Positions 20,900 through 30,990 of a DNA stretch of 64,000 nucleotides are shown here, piece by piece. The notes beneath the pieces were generated by a model that did not search any database, was not told where the DNA came from, and saw only the letters and a program-made list of their open reading frames with translations. The stretch is taken from positions 638 through 64,637 of the IMG/VR virus record IMGVR_UViG_3300037847_005729; one strand, 5' to 3'. The DNA is from a virus (taxonomy: Duplodnaviria > Caudoviricetes). The translations under genes and the position numbers were made by a program. The first letter of the stretch is position 1. Each line of letters begins with the position of its first letter.

Positions 20900-20901
20900 T
20901 A

Positions 20902-20929
20902 TTGACAAATCGACATTACCATCTATATT
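20902..20929 (+). promoter_or_regulatory. sigma70-type promoter, leaderless geometry
   Basis: TTGACA-N16-TATATT-N6-ATG(20936). Confidence 0.7.
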
Positions 20930-20935
20930 GGTGAT

Positions 20936-21631
20936 ATGATTCCATTATTTAAGACACATTCGTCTATAGGCAAAAGCATTTTACGAGTAGATGATGTACA
21001 CGAGTTAACAAAGGACTTCGAAGAGGTTCACTTTGTTGAAGACAGTATGACGGGTTTTCCAGAAGCCTTTAGAAAGTTTGAAGATAGGTTACGTTTTGGT
21101 TTGCGTTTCTCTGTGTATAATGACGACCAAAGCGAAGAATCAGAAAGTAAAATGATTGCTTTCGCAAATGGTGATGCTGGTGCAAAAGAATTATATAATC
21201 TTTACACCCAACAATCGGACACAAAGATCACAAGGCCTTGGGACTCTACAAAAAATTTACAGTATGTTGTACCCTTTTACGATTCTTTCTTACATAAAAA
21301 TTTAACAACTTTTTCTAACTGTGTTGTCGATTTACCTCGAGATATACCTTTTATTATAGAAGATAACAATCTCCCTTTTGATTGTTTGATTGAAGATAAA
21401 ATATTAAATTACTGCAAGAATCATTTAAACGAAAACTTTAATGCAAAGTCAATATATTATAAAGACAAAGAAGATGTTTTGGCTTTTCAAACTTATAAAT
21501 TAATTTGTAACCGCAGGATAGGTAGAACTTATGATCTATCGAACCCTGGACTAGATCACTTTGGTAGTGACGAATTTTGTTTCGCATCATGGAAGAATTA
21601 CTTAGGTACAACTTTAAACAACGCTATATAG
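20936..21631 (+). CDS. DNA polymerase III alpha, separately encoded PHP domain
   Basis: PLFKTHSSIGKSIL, VEDSMTGF, FGLR, FA.G..G...L, IYY...ED....L.C resemble the DnaE PHP domain; sits upstream of a PHP-less DnaE. Confidence 0.7.
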   Translation: MIPLFKTHSSIGKSILRVDDVHELTKDFEEVHFVEDSMTGFPEAFRKFEDRLRFGLRFSVYNDDQSEESESKMIAFANGDAGAKELYNLYTQQSDTKITRPWDSTKNLQYVVPFYDSFLHKNLTTFSNCVVDLPRDIPFIIEDNNLPFDCLIEDKILNYCKNHLNENFNAKSIYYKDKEDVLAFQTYKLICNRRIGRTYDLSNPGLDHFGSDEFCFASWKNYLGTTLNNAI

Positions 21632-22218
21632 TTTTTGATACCGAGACAGAGGGATTAAACTTAATTACCTCTAAACCTTGGCAGATAGCTTGGATTGAAT
21701 GCGAGGGCAAAAAGGTTATCAAGAAACACAATCGCTTTATCAAATGGAAAGATTTAAATGTATCTCCAGATGCGGCTCGTGTTACTGGTTTTAATAAAAA
21801 ACACTATGATAAAGTTGCAGAAGATCCAATGGTTGTTTGGAAAGACTTTGAAAAAGCTTTGTATGGCAATAACATTGTTCTTGGTCACAATATTCTTGGT
21901 TATGACATTTATATCTTAGGCGTTTGGCTTAGAAAGATGGGCGTAAGAATTAGTTATGAAAATTTTATTAGTGAACTTTTAGATACAAATATTTTAGCAA
22001 AAGCTATAGCAAAGGGAGATAAAAATCCAGGTAATGAATTACTTGCTTGGCAAATGAGATACCTTCACTTTAGAGAACGTGGTTTAAAAACAAATCAGAA
22101 ACATCTATTACAGCATTATAATATTGACTTTGATGAAACAAAGCTACATGATGCTTTATACGATATAGAAAAGAACTTCGAAATATTTCAGAAACAAATA
22201 TGGGAATTAGAAATTTAG
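21589..22218 (+). CDS. DnaQ-like 3'-5' exonuclease (DEDDh)
   Basis: FDTETEG, GHN...YD, DT, HDALYD. Confidence 0.88.
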   Translation: MEELLRYNFKQRYIVFDTETEGLNLITSKPWQIAWIECEGKKVIKKHNRFIKWKDLNVSPDAARVTGFNKKHYDKVAEDPMVVWKDFEKALYGNNIVLGHNILGYDIYILGVWLRKMGVRISYENFISELLDTNILAKAIAKGDKNPGNELLAWQMRYLHFRERGLKTNQKHLLQHYNIDFDETKLHDALYDIEKNFEIFQKQIWELEI

Positions 22219-24776
22219 AACCATTTAATCAACCTATGCCAGTTGGCGTAAGACTACCAGAGATTGAGGTGGAGCAAAGATTTTACGATGAGTTGGGTAT
22301 TTCTAACACATCATCTAATTACGACCTGCTTCGTGAGCTGTGCTTAAAAGGTGTTAAGGAAAGAGGTATTGATAAATTAGAAAACAAACAAGAATATTAC
22401 GATAGAGTTAAGATGGAGTTGTCCGTTTTGCAAGAGCTTGGGTTTGTGGATTATATACTTTTGAATTGGGATATTTTGAATTTTTGTCATGAGAATCATA
22501 TACCAACTGGGCCAGGTCGCGGTTCTGCGGCCGGCTCGTTGGTATTATATTTACTAAAGGTAACAAATATTGATCCAATTCAGTACGATTTGTTTTTTGA
22601 GCGATTTGTATCTAGAAGCAGAGCTAAAAAGACTATTGTTGACGATATAACGTACCTAGACGGCTCTTTGTTAGCCGATGTGGATAATGACATCAGTTAC
22701 AATAGAAGAGCAGAGGTAATCAAATATATTGAAGATAAGCACAAAGGTAAAACTTGTAAAATTTTAACTCTAAACACATTGAGCAGTAAATTATGTGTAA
22801 AGGAGTGCGGTAAGATTGTCGGTGGGTATTCAGAACAAAAAGTAAATGATATAAGTTCTCTAATACCTAAACAGTTCGGAAAGGTATTTAAGTTAGACAA
22901 AGCTTATGATGAAAGCGAAAAACTTAGACAATTTTGTGACGACAATCCATTAGTATTTAAGATAGCCAGAAAACTAGAAGGATTAAATAAGAATACTGGC
23001 GTTCATCCATCTGGGATTGCTATTAGTTTCTATAACATAGAACAAGTCATGCCTATGCAGAAAACTAATGATGGTAATTATGTCTCTGGATACGACATGA
23101 ATGATGTAGCATCTCTAATGGTTAAGTTCGACATCTTAGGTTTAAGAACATTATCTGTTGTTCACGATACATTAAAACAATTAGATATGGATATTGAAAC
23201 TATAGATGTTGAGTCAAACAACATATATGAAAACTTCAAATTCATTGAGGCACCAAAGGGTCTCTTCCAGATTGAGGCGGATACAAACTTCAAGGCAGCT
23301 AAGAAAATTGCTCCTCGTAATCTTGAAGAGTTATCTGCCGTGGTTGCTATTGCCCGTCCTGGTGCTCTTGATTATCTAGATACATACACAAGCTATGTAA
23401 AGACTAGCGTGTTCAATTCTGTTCACGAATTTTTTGATGATATACTTTCATATACTGGGGGTATTCCTTTGTATCAAGAACAGTTGATGCAAATGGCTGT
23501 AAAGGTTGGTTTTACTCTTGACGAAGCGGAACAACTTAGACGAATTGTTGGTAAGAAAAAAGTAGATCAAATGCCAGCATGGAAAGCTAAAATTGAAGAG
23601 AAGATAAGTGAGAATAAATTACAAAAGCAAATTGGCGATGTTTTGTGGAAAGTAGCAGAAGACTCTGCAAATTATTCTTTTAACAAATCACACTCTATCA
23701 GTTATGCTACTTTAGCCGCAATCACTACATACTTAAAATTTGAACACCCTCAAGAGTTTTTCTTAAGTTTGTTAAAAATGGCTAAACATGAGCCAGATTC
23801 TCATAATGAAATATCTCTTATAAACCAAGAGTTATATCAATTTAATATGAAACTTTTGGCGCCAGATTTAGCTAAATCAGAGTTAGATTTTTCCATAGAG
23901 GGTAGAAATATAAGGTATGGTTTAAATAGTATTAAAGGTGTATCAGAAAAGACTTTAGAAAATATTATAGAGTTTAGAAAAACAAATGGGTCTTTTGAAA
24001 ACAAATATGATTTGTTTAATTCAGCGAAACAAGCTGGTATAAATATAGGTGTTTTATCTGGCTTAATACAAGGTGGTTTAGTAGATTCTTATTGTGAAGA
24101 AATATCTGGTCATCCTAACAGATGTCGTTTAGTTTTAGAATCTCAATCATTTAATTTATTGACTGACAGAGAAAAAAGAAATTATGAACTAATCGGTCAT
24201 AAATATAATTTTGACATATTGAAATCAATACAAGATTGCGTATCTAATCAACTAGTTGGCGATGATAACAAACCAATCATGAAAAAAAGTAGATTTAATA
24301 CTTTCAAGTCTAAATACGATTCTTATAGAGAAATTTACGATAGAAATAAGAATCACCTTAAGTTTTCAAATTGGTATTTTGAAAGGAAATATTTAGGCTA
24401 TAGTCATTCTTGTGATATTAAAGATATATTTAAAGACGAGGGTAGATTAACAGATAGCATAGAGTTAAAATCAATTGAAAACAACTCCGCTGTAAAGTTT
24501 GTTGGGATAGTTGTTGATTCTATTAGTAGAACAAGCTCTAGTGGTAATAAATACCTAAGAATCGAGGCTCATGATGATAATGGTAAGGTAAACATTATGT
24601 TAATGAATAATAGACGTGCTGATAATTTAGATAGATACTATCAGTCTGGAGGTGTAAAACCTAAAGATGGACAAATTATTTTTGCTTTTGGTAATACTGC
24701 AGAAGATGTAATTTTTGCTAATAATTTAATGATTTTAGATGAAAAAATATATACAAGACTAGCCGATTTAAAATGA
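22200..24776 (+). CDS. dnaE: DNA polymerase III alpha catalytic subunit lacking most of the PHP domain
   Basis: GPGRGSAAGSLV, FERF, DVDND, HPSG, KFDILGL, YQEQ.M, YSFNKSH, C-terminal OB fold. Confidence 0.93.
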   Translation: MGIRNLEPFNQPMPVGVRLPEIEVEQRFYDELGISNTSSNYDLLRELCLKGVKERGIDKLENKQEYYDRVKMELSVLQELGFVDYILLNWDILNFCHENHIPTGPGRGSAAGSLVLYLLKVTNIDPIQYDLFFERFVSRSRAKKTIVDDITYLDGSLLADVDNDISYNRRAEVIKYIEDKHKGKTCKILTLNTLSSKLCVKECGKIVGGYSEQKVNDISSLIPKQFGKVFKLDKAYDESEKLRQFCDDNPLVFKIARKLEGLNKNTGVHPSGIAISFYNIEQVMPMQKTNDGNYVSGYDMNDVASLMVKFDILGLRTLSVVHDTLKQLDMDIETIDVESNNIYENFKFIEAPKGLFQIEADTNFKAAKKIAPRNLEELSAVVAIARPGALDYLDTYTSYVKTSVFNSVHEFFDDILSYTGGIPLYQEQLMQMAVKVGFTLDEAEQLRRIVGKKKVDQMPAWKAKIEEKISENKLQKQIGDVLWKVAEDSANYSFNKSHSISYATLAAITTYLKFEHPQEFFLSLLKMAKHEPDSHNEISLINQELYQFNMKLLAPDLAKSELDFSIEGRNIRYGLNSIKGVSEKTLENIIEFRKTNGSFENKYDLFNSAKQAGINIGVLSGLIQGGLVDSYCEEISGHPNRCRLVLESQSFNLLTDREKRNYELIGHKYNFDILKSIQDCVSNQLVGDDNKPIMKKSRFNTFKSKYDSYREIYDRNKNHLKFSNWYFERKYLGYSHSCDIKDIFKDEGRLTDSIELKSIENNSAVKFVGIVVDSISRTSSSGNKYLRIEAHDDNGKVNIMLMNNRRADNLDRYYQSGGVKPKDGQIIFAFGNTAEDVIFANNLMILDEKIYTRLADLK

Positions 24777-26275
24777 GTGATTTTTCCAAATATAATTTAA
24801 CACCAAGTGCTAAACAAGCCATAGTAGATGCACAAATATACGCAGACACAAAAGGTCATCTCAAAGTTATTGACTTGCACCTTTTTTATTGCTTATTAGA
24901 CCAAGAGAATATTAATATAGACCACTGCCTAGATGAATTTGGGATATCCAAGAGTGTTTTACAAGATACTTTAGATAAAATTTTAGATAGCTATAAAGAG
25001 CCTAGAAGAAAAAAGTTTATATTTGCTCCAGAAATATTTGATATACTTGATTTTTCAGTAAAAATTGCAAGATTGAGTGATCATGGCGGTGTAGGGGTAG
25101 ACCATATATTTCTATCAATATTGACTACAAGAGACCAAATAGTTGGTTTTTTAACTGCCTTACAGATAGATATTTTAACAATGGTTCCATTCTTTAAGGA
25201 TATTTTAAGAAATGGGGCAATAAAACAACCGACAGCTAACAAAGCAAAACCAAAATCATCTAACTCTGATGGTATAAATGAGTGGTGTGAAAATATAAAC
25301 GTTAATTTATCTAAAAGAAAAAGACCAGAAATATTCGGAAGAGACAAGGAGATAAGTAGGTGCTTTGAGATTTTATTAAAGAAAAACAAAAGTAATGTAA
25401 TACTAGTTGGTGACGCTGGCGTAGGTAAAACTGCGATAGTTGATGGTATAGCCGAAAAAATTATTTTTAGATCTTGCCCAGAGCTGTTGCTTGAAAAAGA
25501 AATAATATCTCTAAGTTTAACTAATTTAGTTGCTGGATCTATGTATAGAGGTCAAATGGAGGAAAAAATTAAAAAAGTTCTGTCATTTTTTACCAACAGT
25601 GATAAGTATGTTTTATTTATAGACGAAATACATACAATCATAGGAGCGGGTAGCTCTGAGGGTGGATTGGACGTTGCTAATATTTTAAAACCCGTTTTGT
25701 CTAGAGGGGATATTTCCGTGATAGGAGCTACAACTAAAGAAGAATATGATAGATATTTTGGCAAAGAGTCGGCACTTAAAAGAAGATTTGAAAAAGTTGA
25801 TGTTAAAGAGCCTACCAAAGAACAATGTGCTAGATTACTAAAAAATACCAAGTTTTCTTACGAAAAGTTTCATTCTGTTAAGTATTCCGACAAAATGATA
25901 GATTTAATTATCGATTTGTGCGACAAATACGAGCCCAAAAAAAGGTTTCCAGATAAAGCTTTTGATATTTTAGACGAATTAGGATGCAAAACAAAAATTA
26001 AAGAGTTTAAAAGACCAAAAGAGATAATAGAAATAGAGGATAAGCTAATAGAAGCAGAGATTAATAACAAAACAAAAGAGCCAGAATACAAAAAAAATGA
26101 AAAAAAGTTTAAAAATCTAGTTAAAAAGTGGGGCGAAGGCCTATCTAAAAAGGTTTTTGAGGTTGATTCAGAGTTAATTTACGAGATTTTTGCTGAGAAA
26201 ATAGGGGCTAATACTAATTCTATCAAGAATTTAGACAATGTTAGACTTGAGGGTGAAATAGGTTTTGGGGTGTAA
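24773..26275 (+). CDS. Truncated ClpA/ClpC-type ATPase (Clp N repeats + first AAA+ domain only)
   Basis: Two Clp-N repeats, GR..E, GDAGVGKT, YRG..E, FIDEIH, GATT..EY, AL.RRF, PDKA.D.LDE; no second AAA+ domain. Confidence 0.9.
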   Translation: MSDFSKYNLTPSAKQAIVDAQIYADTKGHLKVIDLHLFYCLLDQENINIDHCLDEFGISKSVLQDTLDKILDSYKEPRRKKFIFAPEIFDILDFSVKIARLSDHGGVGVDHIFLSILTTRDQIVGFLTALQIDILTMVPFFKDILRNGAIKQPTANKAKPKSSNSDGINEWCENINVNLSKRKRPEIFGRDKEISRCFEILLKKNKSNVILVGDAGVGKTAIVDGIAEKIIFRSCPELLLEKEIISLSLTNLVAGSMYRGQMEEKIKKVLSFFTNSDKYVLFIDEIHTIIGAGSSEGGLDVANILKPVLSRGDISVIGATTKEEYDRYFGKESALKRRFEKVDVKEPTKEQCARLLKNTKFSYEKFHSVKYSDKMIDLIIDLCDKYEPKKRFPDKAFDILDELGCKTKIKEFKRPKEIIEIEDKLIEAEINNKTKEPEYKKNEKKFKNLVKKWGEGLSKKVFEVDSELIYEIFAEKIGANTNSIKNLDNVRLEGEIGFGV

Positions 26276-26293
26276 TTTAGTGTAAAATATATA

Positions 26294-27424
26294 ATGGCAA
26301 GTAGAGGTACAAATAATTTTAAAATAGATAATTATTTAAAAGACAATGTTTTTTTGGATCAGTCGTCTTCATCATTAGAAAACGACACCTTTTCTAAAAA
26401 ATACGTTCTTTCATTACTAGCTTCTTGTGACGAATTTAAAAATAAGTTTCTCAATTATTTAAATATATCTCAAACACTTAAACTTATTGATTCGAATTAT
26501 CAGTATGATTTATACTCTTTTACAGACCAAACCAAAAAATATTTCTTAAAGGTTGCGACCTATACTGACGACAACCCATTAAAAAATGAGTATGATAAGT
26601 TAATAGAAATACATGGTAAAATATCTGTTATAGCACCTTATCCGGTATTATATAAAAAATTAGATGATAGTAACAAAACTTGCATATTAATTTTGTCAGC
26701 TGAGAACAGTTTTTCTTTCACGGACTTTTGTGATACTGATTTTTACCACAATATAAAAACAATAGCTAACACATTTTCAATCCTTCACGAAAAAACAGAA
26801 AAAAGTGTTTCACAAGAAAAAACAAAATTATTAGAAAAAGCCACAAACATTTGTGATTTTGAAAACAATTTGTCTTTTGAAGATTACGATTTCTTAATGG
26901 TGAAAAAGTTTTACAATGATTTAATGTCATTTACGCAAACTTTAAAATCAGATCTTGAAACAGGTTTAAATTCTTTAAACGAAAACAAGGTTTGTATTTG
27001 TCATTGTGACATGTCAAGATCTAGAATATTGTACCGTAATCAGTTTGTTAAATTTATAAATTTTCAAGACAGCCTTTATTTAGATCTATATTTTGATGTA
27101 GCTTTATTTATTTTAAATATTGGTTTATACGATACTGATGTGGCAGATACTTTCTTAGAGCAATATCATACTTCTCATTCAAGTATTGATGTTGATTTAT
27201 CAACCTTCAAAACAAAAGTTAATAATTACTGCCTTGTTTTATATAAATTTATTCTGCTTAAAAACATATCTTTGCACATATATGAATATATTGTATTCGC
27301 TAACACTAGACCAAGTAAATATATTAGATTTGATAAAGTCTATGAATCTATTAGATGTTTAGTATCTAATGATTACCCAGATCTACTTACAACTTGTGAT
27401 GATTTATTTATATGCCATACTTAA
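26294..27424 (+). CDS. APH/choline-kinase-fold protein, catalytic motifs degenerate
   Basis: YFLKV, NEY, ICHCD, FINFQ, FDVA. Confidence 0.55.
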   Translation: MASRGTNNFKIDNYLKDNVFLDQSSSSLENDTFSKKYVLSLLASCDEFKNKFLNYLNISQTLKLIDSNYQYDLYSFTDQTKKYFLKVATYTDDNPLKNEYDKLIEIHGKISVIAPYPVLYKKLDDSNKTCILILSAENSFSFTDFCDTDFYHNIKTIANTFSILHEKTEKSVSQEKTKLLEKATNICDFENNLSFEDYDFLMVKKFYNDLMSFTQTLKSDLETGLNSLNENKVCICHCDMSRSRILYRNQFVKFINFQDSLYLDLYFDVALFILNIGLYDTDVADTFLEQYHTSHSSIDVDLSTFKTKVNNYCLVLYKFILLKNISLHIYEYIVFANTRPSKYIRFDKVYESIRCLVSNDYPDLLTTCDDLFICHT

Positions 27425-28068
27425 CACATAACTTACCAACGTTTACTTGTTATATTAGAAACGAGTACTTATTTAATCACGAAAAAGGGTACGGGGATTA
27501 TACCTTGTGTGACGTTCACTCCGTAACATCTATAGAGAAAAGAGTACCCTTATTTGAATGTTACTTAGATAATGGAGTAAATTGGACAAGACGACCAATT
27601 ACAGCACTATGTTGGAAAAAGTGTGATCCAGTGCCACTAGAAGAAGCTATGTATTGGGATTGCTTTTCTCCTTATGTAGATGTAGGTATCAGATCTAGAT
27701 TAAAAGGTCTAAGGGCGATACTTATAACACCTTCAAACAAAAGAGAGTGGGGTGAGTATATGTTTACTATAGATTGGGGTTGGGAAAACAAATCTATATT
27801 AGATACAAATTTTTCAGAACACCCAGAACATAAATGTGCACATATGTTTAAAATGGAAAATGGAAACTTTTATGCTTATCCAAACAATCGAATCATATGG
27901 CACGACGATGCTTGGGTAGAGAAACCGCTAACTAAAAACCCCGGATATCAAATAGATCAAAATTTTTATAGTGTAGAAAACAAAAGAATCAAATATACAG
28001 ATAATTCTTTTATGACTGAGTTCACCGACTTACATTATACAGAAAAAGAATCAAAGAATGAATCATAA
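27412..28068 (+). CDS. Hypothetical phage protein
   Basis: 218-aa ORF, WDCFS, Y.FTIDW, EHKC.H, PNNRI.W. Confidence 0.75.
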   Translation: MPYLTHNLPTFTCYIRNEYLFNHEKGYGDYTLCDVHSVTSIEKRVPLFECYLDNGVNWTRRPITALCWKKCDPVPLEEAMYWDCFSPYVDVGIRSRLKGLRAILITPSNKREWGEYMFTIDWGWENKSILDTNFSEHPEHKCAHMFKMENGNFYAYPNNRIIWHDDAWVEKPLTKNPGYQIDQNFYSVENKRIKYTDNSFMTEFTDLHYTEKESKNES

Positions 28069-28799
28069 GAATTATTTAATTCGCTTACAGATTCTATTTT
28101 CTCATCTTGATCTAATAAGTCGAAATATTTTGATTCATCATCGCACCATTTTCTGCCTGTCCAAAACTCAAATCCTTGAAATGAGCTTTTGTATTTTGCA
28201 TGAGTTTCATAACTTGGCCCTAAGTATAGATATTTTAAACCCATTTTTTCTGTTAAATTAATTTCTTCGTAAGTAGAATATCTACCTAGACCTAGAACAG
28301 GATTTTTATAGTCCCAACAAAACTGATGAGAAATTAAACTTTCTCCGACTGGCTCAACAACACTAAACGCACAATCATCGTACAATATAAAAAAATCTGT
28401 GTCGTTATCATAACTTTCCATAAACTCTTTTTCCGACATCATATCTGAAAAATTTTTGTGATTTATATAATTTAAATAAATTTTATATAATTTTTTAAAA
28501 TCTGGATTTTGAGTTATATTTATTTTTACATTGTTTTTAGTTATTTTCTTCCTAGCTTTTTTTTCTGTGCTTGTAATAGAGTATTTACTTAAATTTATTC
28601 TAGATTGTCTACTTTGATACCAGACGATTTTGTTGTCCCTCATAAAATCTGTGTCTTGTTTGTACCATATGTTTGATGGGCACCAACCATTATCTAATGC
28701 CTCTTGTTCTTCGCCTTTATCAACCGTGGCGCTTACTAACATATGTATGAAATCTGTGTCTGCCTGCTTGCCACAAATATGGTCAAAAAATAACTTCAT
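28035..28799 (-). CDS. Aminoacyl-tRNA--protein transferase (ATE1/Bpt-like)
   Basis: AL..GW, SRINL, WDY....LG.YS...EI, YLYLG.SY...KYK..F.G.EFWTG. Confidence 0.75.
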   Translation of the reverse strand: MKLFFDHICGKQADTDFIHMLVSATVDKGEEQEALDNGWCPSNIWYKQDTDFMRDNKIVWYQSRQSRINLSKYSITSTEKKARKKITKNNVKINITQNPDFKKLYKIYLNYINHKNFSDMMSEKEFMESYDNDTDFFILYDDCAFSVVEPVGESLISHQFCWDYKNPVLGLGRYSTYEEINLTEKMGLKYLYLGPSYETHAKYKSSFQGFEFWTGRKWCDDESKYFDLLDQDEKIESVSELNNSYDSFFDSFSV

Positions 28800-28837
28800 T
28801 GTTTAGAATTTTACACTTTATATAGTATAATAAATCA

Positions 28838-29296
28838 ATGCAATACAATTTATACAAACCAAATAGTTATAACTCTGGATGTGCTTTTTCTTTCAAAATC
28901 ATATCTAAAGATAAGGAGGGTAATGAAACAAAACCAAGTTTCTTAATTCAAGGGATAAAGCAAGCATCTTGGGACAACAATAAAAAAACTGGATCTTTTA
29001 GTGCTAATGCAAAAGACCCAGAAAAAAATATTTATATTAAGTTAAATGAACATGAGGTGGGTTCTTTAATATATTCTATAGAAAAATATATAGAATTTAA
29101 AGCTTTTCACTCTTACAAAGACGATAAAACACAAATATCTTTCAAACCTTACGAAAAAAAGAATGGTGGCAATGCTTTTTCTTTTTCAATAGTTAAAAAT
29201 GGCAGTTTAAAATTTGGTTTGGGTATAGAGTTAGGCGAGGCTAGAGCTTTAGTCGTGCTACTACAAATGTTCTTAACTCAGTTTTTTAAATACTAA
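28838..29296 (+). CDS. Putative ssDNA-binding (PC4/Whirly-like) protein
   Basis: Beta-rich repeats each ending in a helix; TATAAT-N6-ATG upstream. Confidence 0.4.
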   Translation: MQYNLYKPNSYNSGCAFSFKIISKDKEGNETKPSFLIQGIKQASWDNNKKTGSFSANAKDPEKNIYIKLNEHEVGSLIYSIEKYIEFKAFHSYKDDKTQISFKPYEKKNGGNAFSFSIVKNGSLKFGLGIELGEARALVVLLQMFLTQFFKY

Positions 29297-29298
29297 TT

Positions 29299-30990
29299 GT
29301 GAAAACAGTATTATTTCATTCAAATAGCTCAAAAGCTTTTACTGGATTTGGTAAAAATGCTAAAAATATTTTAAGATATTTATATAAAACCAAGAAATAT
29401 AAAATCGTAGAATTTGCAAATGGCGCAACCTGGGATCACCCAGCGTTACAAAATAGACCTTGGGAAACACAAGGCACTTTACCTAGTAATCCAGCTATAT
29501 TAGAGCAATTACAGCACAATCCAGAAGCTCAAAGGGACGCTAGTTATGGAGGTATGACAATAGACCAAGCCATATCAAAATATAAACCAGATGTTTATAT
29601 TGGTGTTGAAGACATTTGGGGTTTTAATGGATACTGGAAAAGAAAATGGTGGAATAAAACAAACTGTATGATATGGACAACTTTAGATAGTTTACCAATC
29701 TTGCCAACTGCGATAGAGGCGGCGCCAGATATAAAAAATTATTATGTTTGGGCTTCTTTTGCAGAAAAAGAAATGCACAAATTAGGCCATAAAAATGTTA
29801 AAACCTTACCAGGTGCTTTAGATACTTCAACATTTTTTAGATTAAGTGATGATGATAGAGTACGTTTAAGAGCACAAAACAATTTATCTAATGAGTTTAT
29901 TATAGGTTTTGTTTTTAGAAACCAACTAAGAAAAAGCGTTCCAAACTTACTAGATGGGTTTCAAATATTTAAAAAAGAAAATCCAGAATCTAAAGCAAAA
30001 TTACTTTTGCATACTCACTGGTCTGAAGGATGGGATATACCTAGATTATTAAAAGAAAAAAATATCAATCCAAATGACATCTTAACCACTTATGTTTGTA
30101 AAGATTGTAAAAACTACGAGGTAAAACCTTTTGTTGGCGAGAGTCAAGATTGTAAATTTTGTGGTTCTAAAAAATCAGTTAATACAACTAATATATCTTG
30201 TGGTGTTGATGAAAGTCAGCTAAACGAAGTTTATAATTTAATGGATGTTTATTGTCACCCATTTACTAGTGGCGGTATGGAAATACCTATTTTTGAAGCT
30301 AAGTTAACAGAACTACCCACTCTAGTTACTAATTACTCTTGTGGAGAAGATTCATGTACTCCAGAAAGTGGTGGCTTTGAATTAGACTGGGCAGAGTATA
30401 GAGAGCCTGGCACTCAATTTATTAAAGCATCTACCTCTGCGAACAGCATAGCTAGACAACTAAAAAAGGTTTATAAATTAAAAAAAGATAAACTTAAATT
30501 AATTGGATCAAAAGCTAGAGAATTTACCATTAAAAATTATTCAATAGAATCTGTTGGCAAAAGATTAGAAAAAATTATAGATGATATGCCAGATGTAAAC
30601 TGGGATTTTAAGTTTGAAGATGATGGTCAAAAACTAAAAAGTTTAGAGGACTTACTAGACCCAGGTGACAGGATTGCAATTGTTATACCTCAATCAGACA
30701 CTGATGTTTTGTTTATCAATAGCATGATTGACAATTTAAAAAGCTTGTATCCAAAACACGACATATATATGTTTGTGGATGATAAATTTACATCATATGC
30801 AGATGATCACCCATCAGTTCACAAGGTTTTACCATATAAACCAGAACTAGATAACTTATTATTTTTAGAGGGAAGATTCGAACACAAAGGTTACTTTGAT
30901 TGTGCTTTTGTGCCACATGTTGGAACTCAAAAATTTCATAACTACCAACACAATGGTAAAGATAAAACACAATTTAAATTATACACATGA
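29299..30990 (+). CDS. GT-B (GT4-like) glycosyltransferase with CxxC..CxxC insert
   Basis: TGFG, RNQ.RK, LLLHT, YN.MD.Y, GGMEIP.FEA; CKDC and CKFC. Confidence 0.8.
   Translation: MKTVLFHSNSSKAFTGFGKNAKNILRYLYKTKKYKIVEFANGATWDHPALQNRPWETQGTLPSNPAILEQLQHNPEAQRDASYGGMTIDQAISKYKPDVYIGVEDIWGFNGYWKRKWWNKTNCMIWTTLDSLPILPTAIEAAPDIKNYYVWASFAEKEMHKLGHKNVKTLPGALDTSTFFRLSDDDRVRLRAQNNLSNEFIIGFVFRNQLRKSVPNLLDGFQIFKKENPESKAKLLLHTHWSEGWDIPRLLKEKNINPNDILTTYVCKDCKNYEVKPFVGESQDCKFCGSKKSVNTTNISCGVDESQLNEVYNLMDVYCHPFTSGGMEIPIFEAKLTELPTLVTNYSCGEDSCTPESGGFELDWAEYREPGTQFIKASTSANSIARQLKKVYKLKKDKLKLIGSKAREFTIKNYSIESVGKRLEKIIDDMPDVNWDFKFEDDGQKLKSLEDLLDPGDRIAIVIPQSDTDVLFINSMIDNLKSLYPKHDIYMFVDDKFTSYADDHPSVHKVLPYKPELDNLLFLEGRFEHKGYFDCAFVPHVGTQKFHNYQHNGKDKTQFKLYT

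Noticed and set aside
16735-24776. Inteins or introns in DnaB/DnaE
   Set aside because: No intein-like insertions or splice-junction motifs (C...HN), and conserved motifs are contiguous
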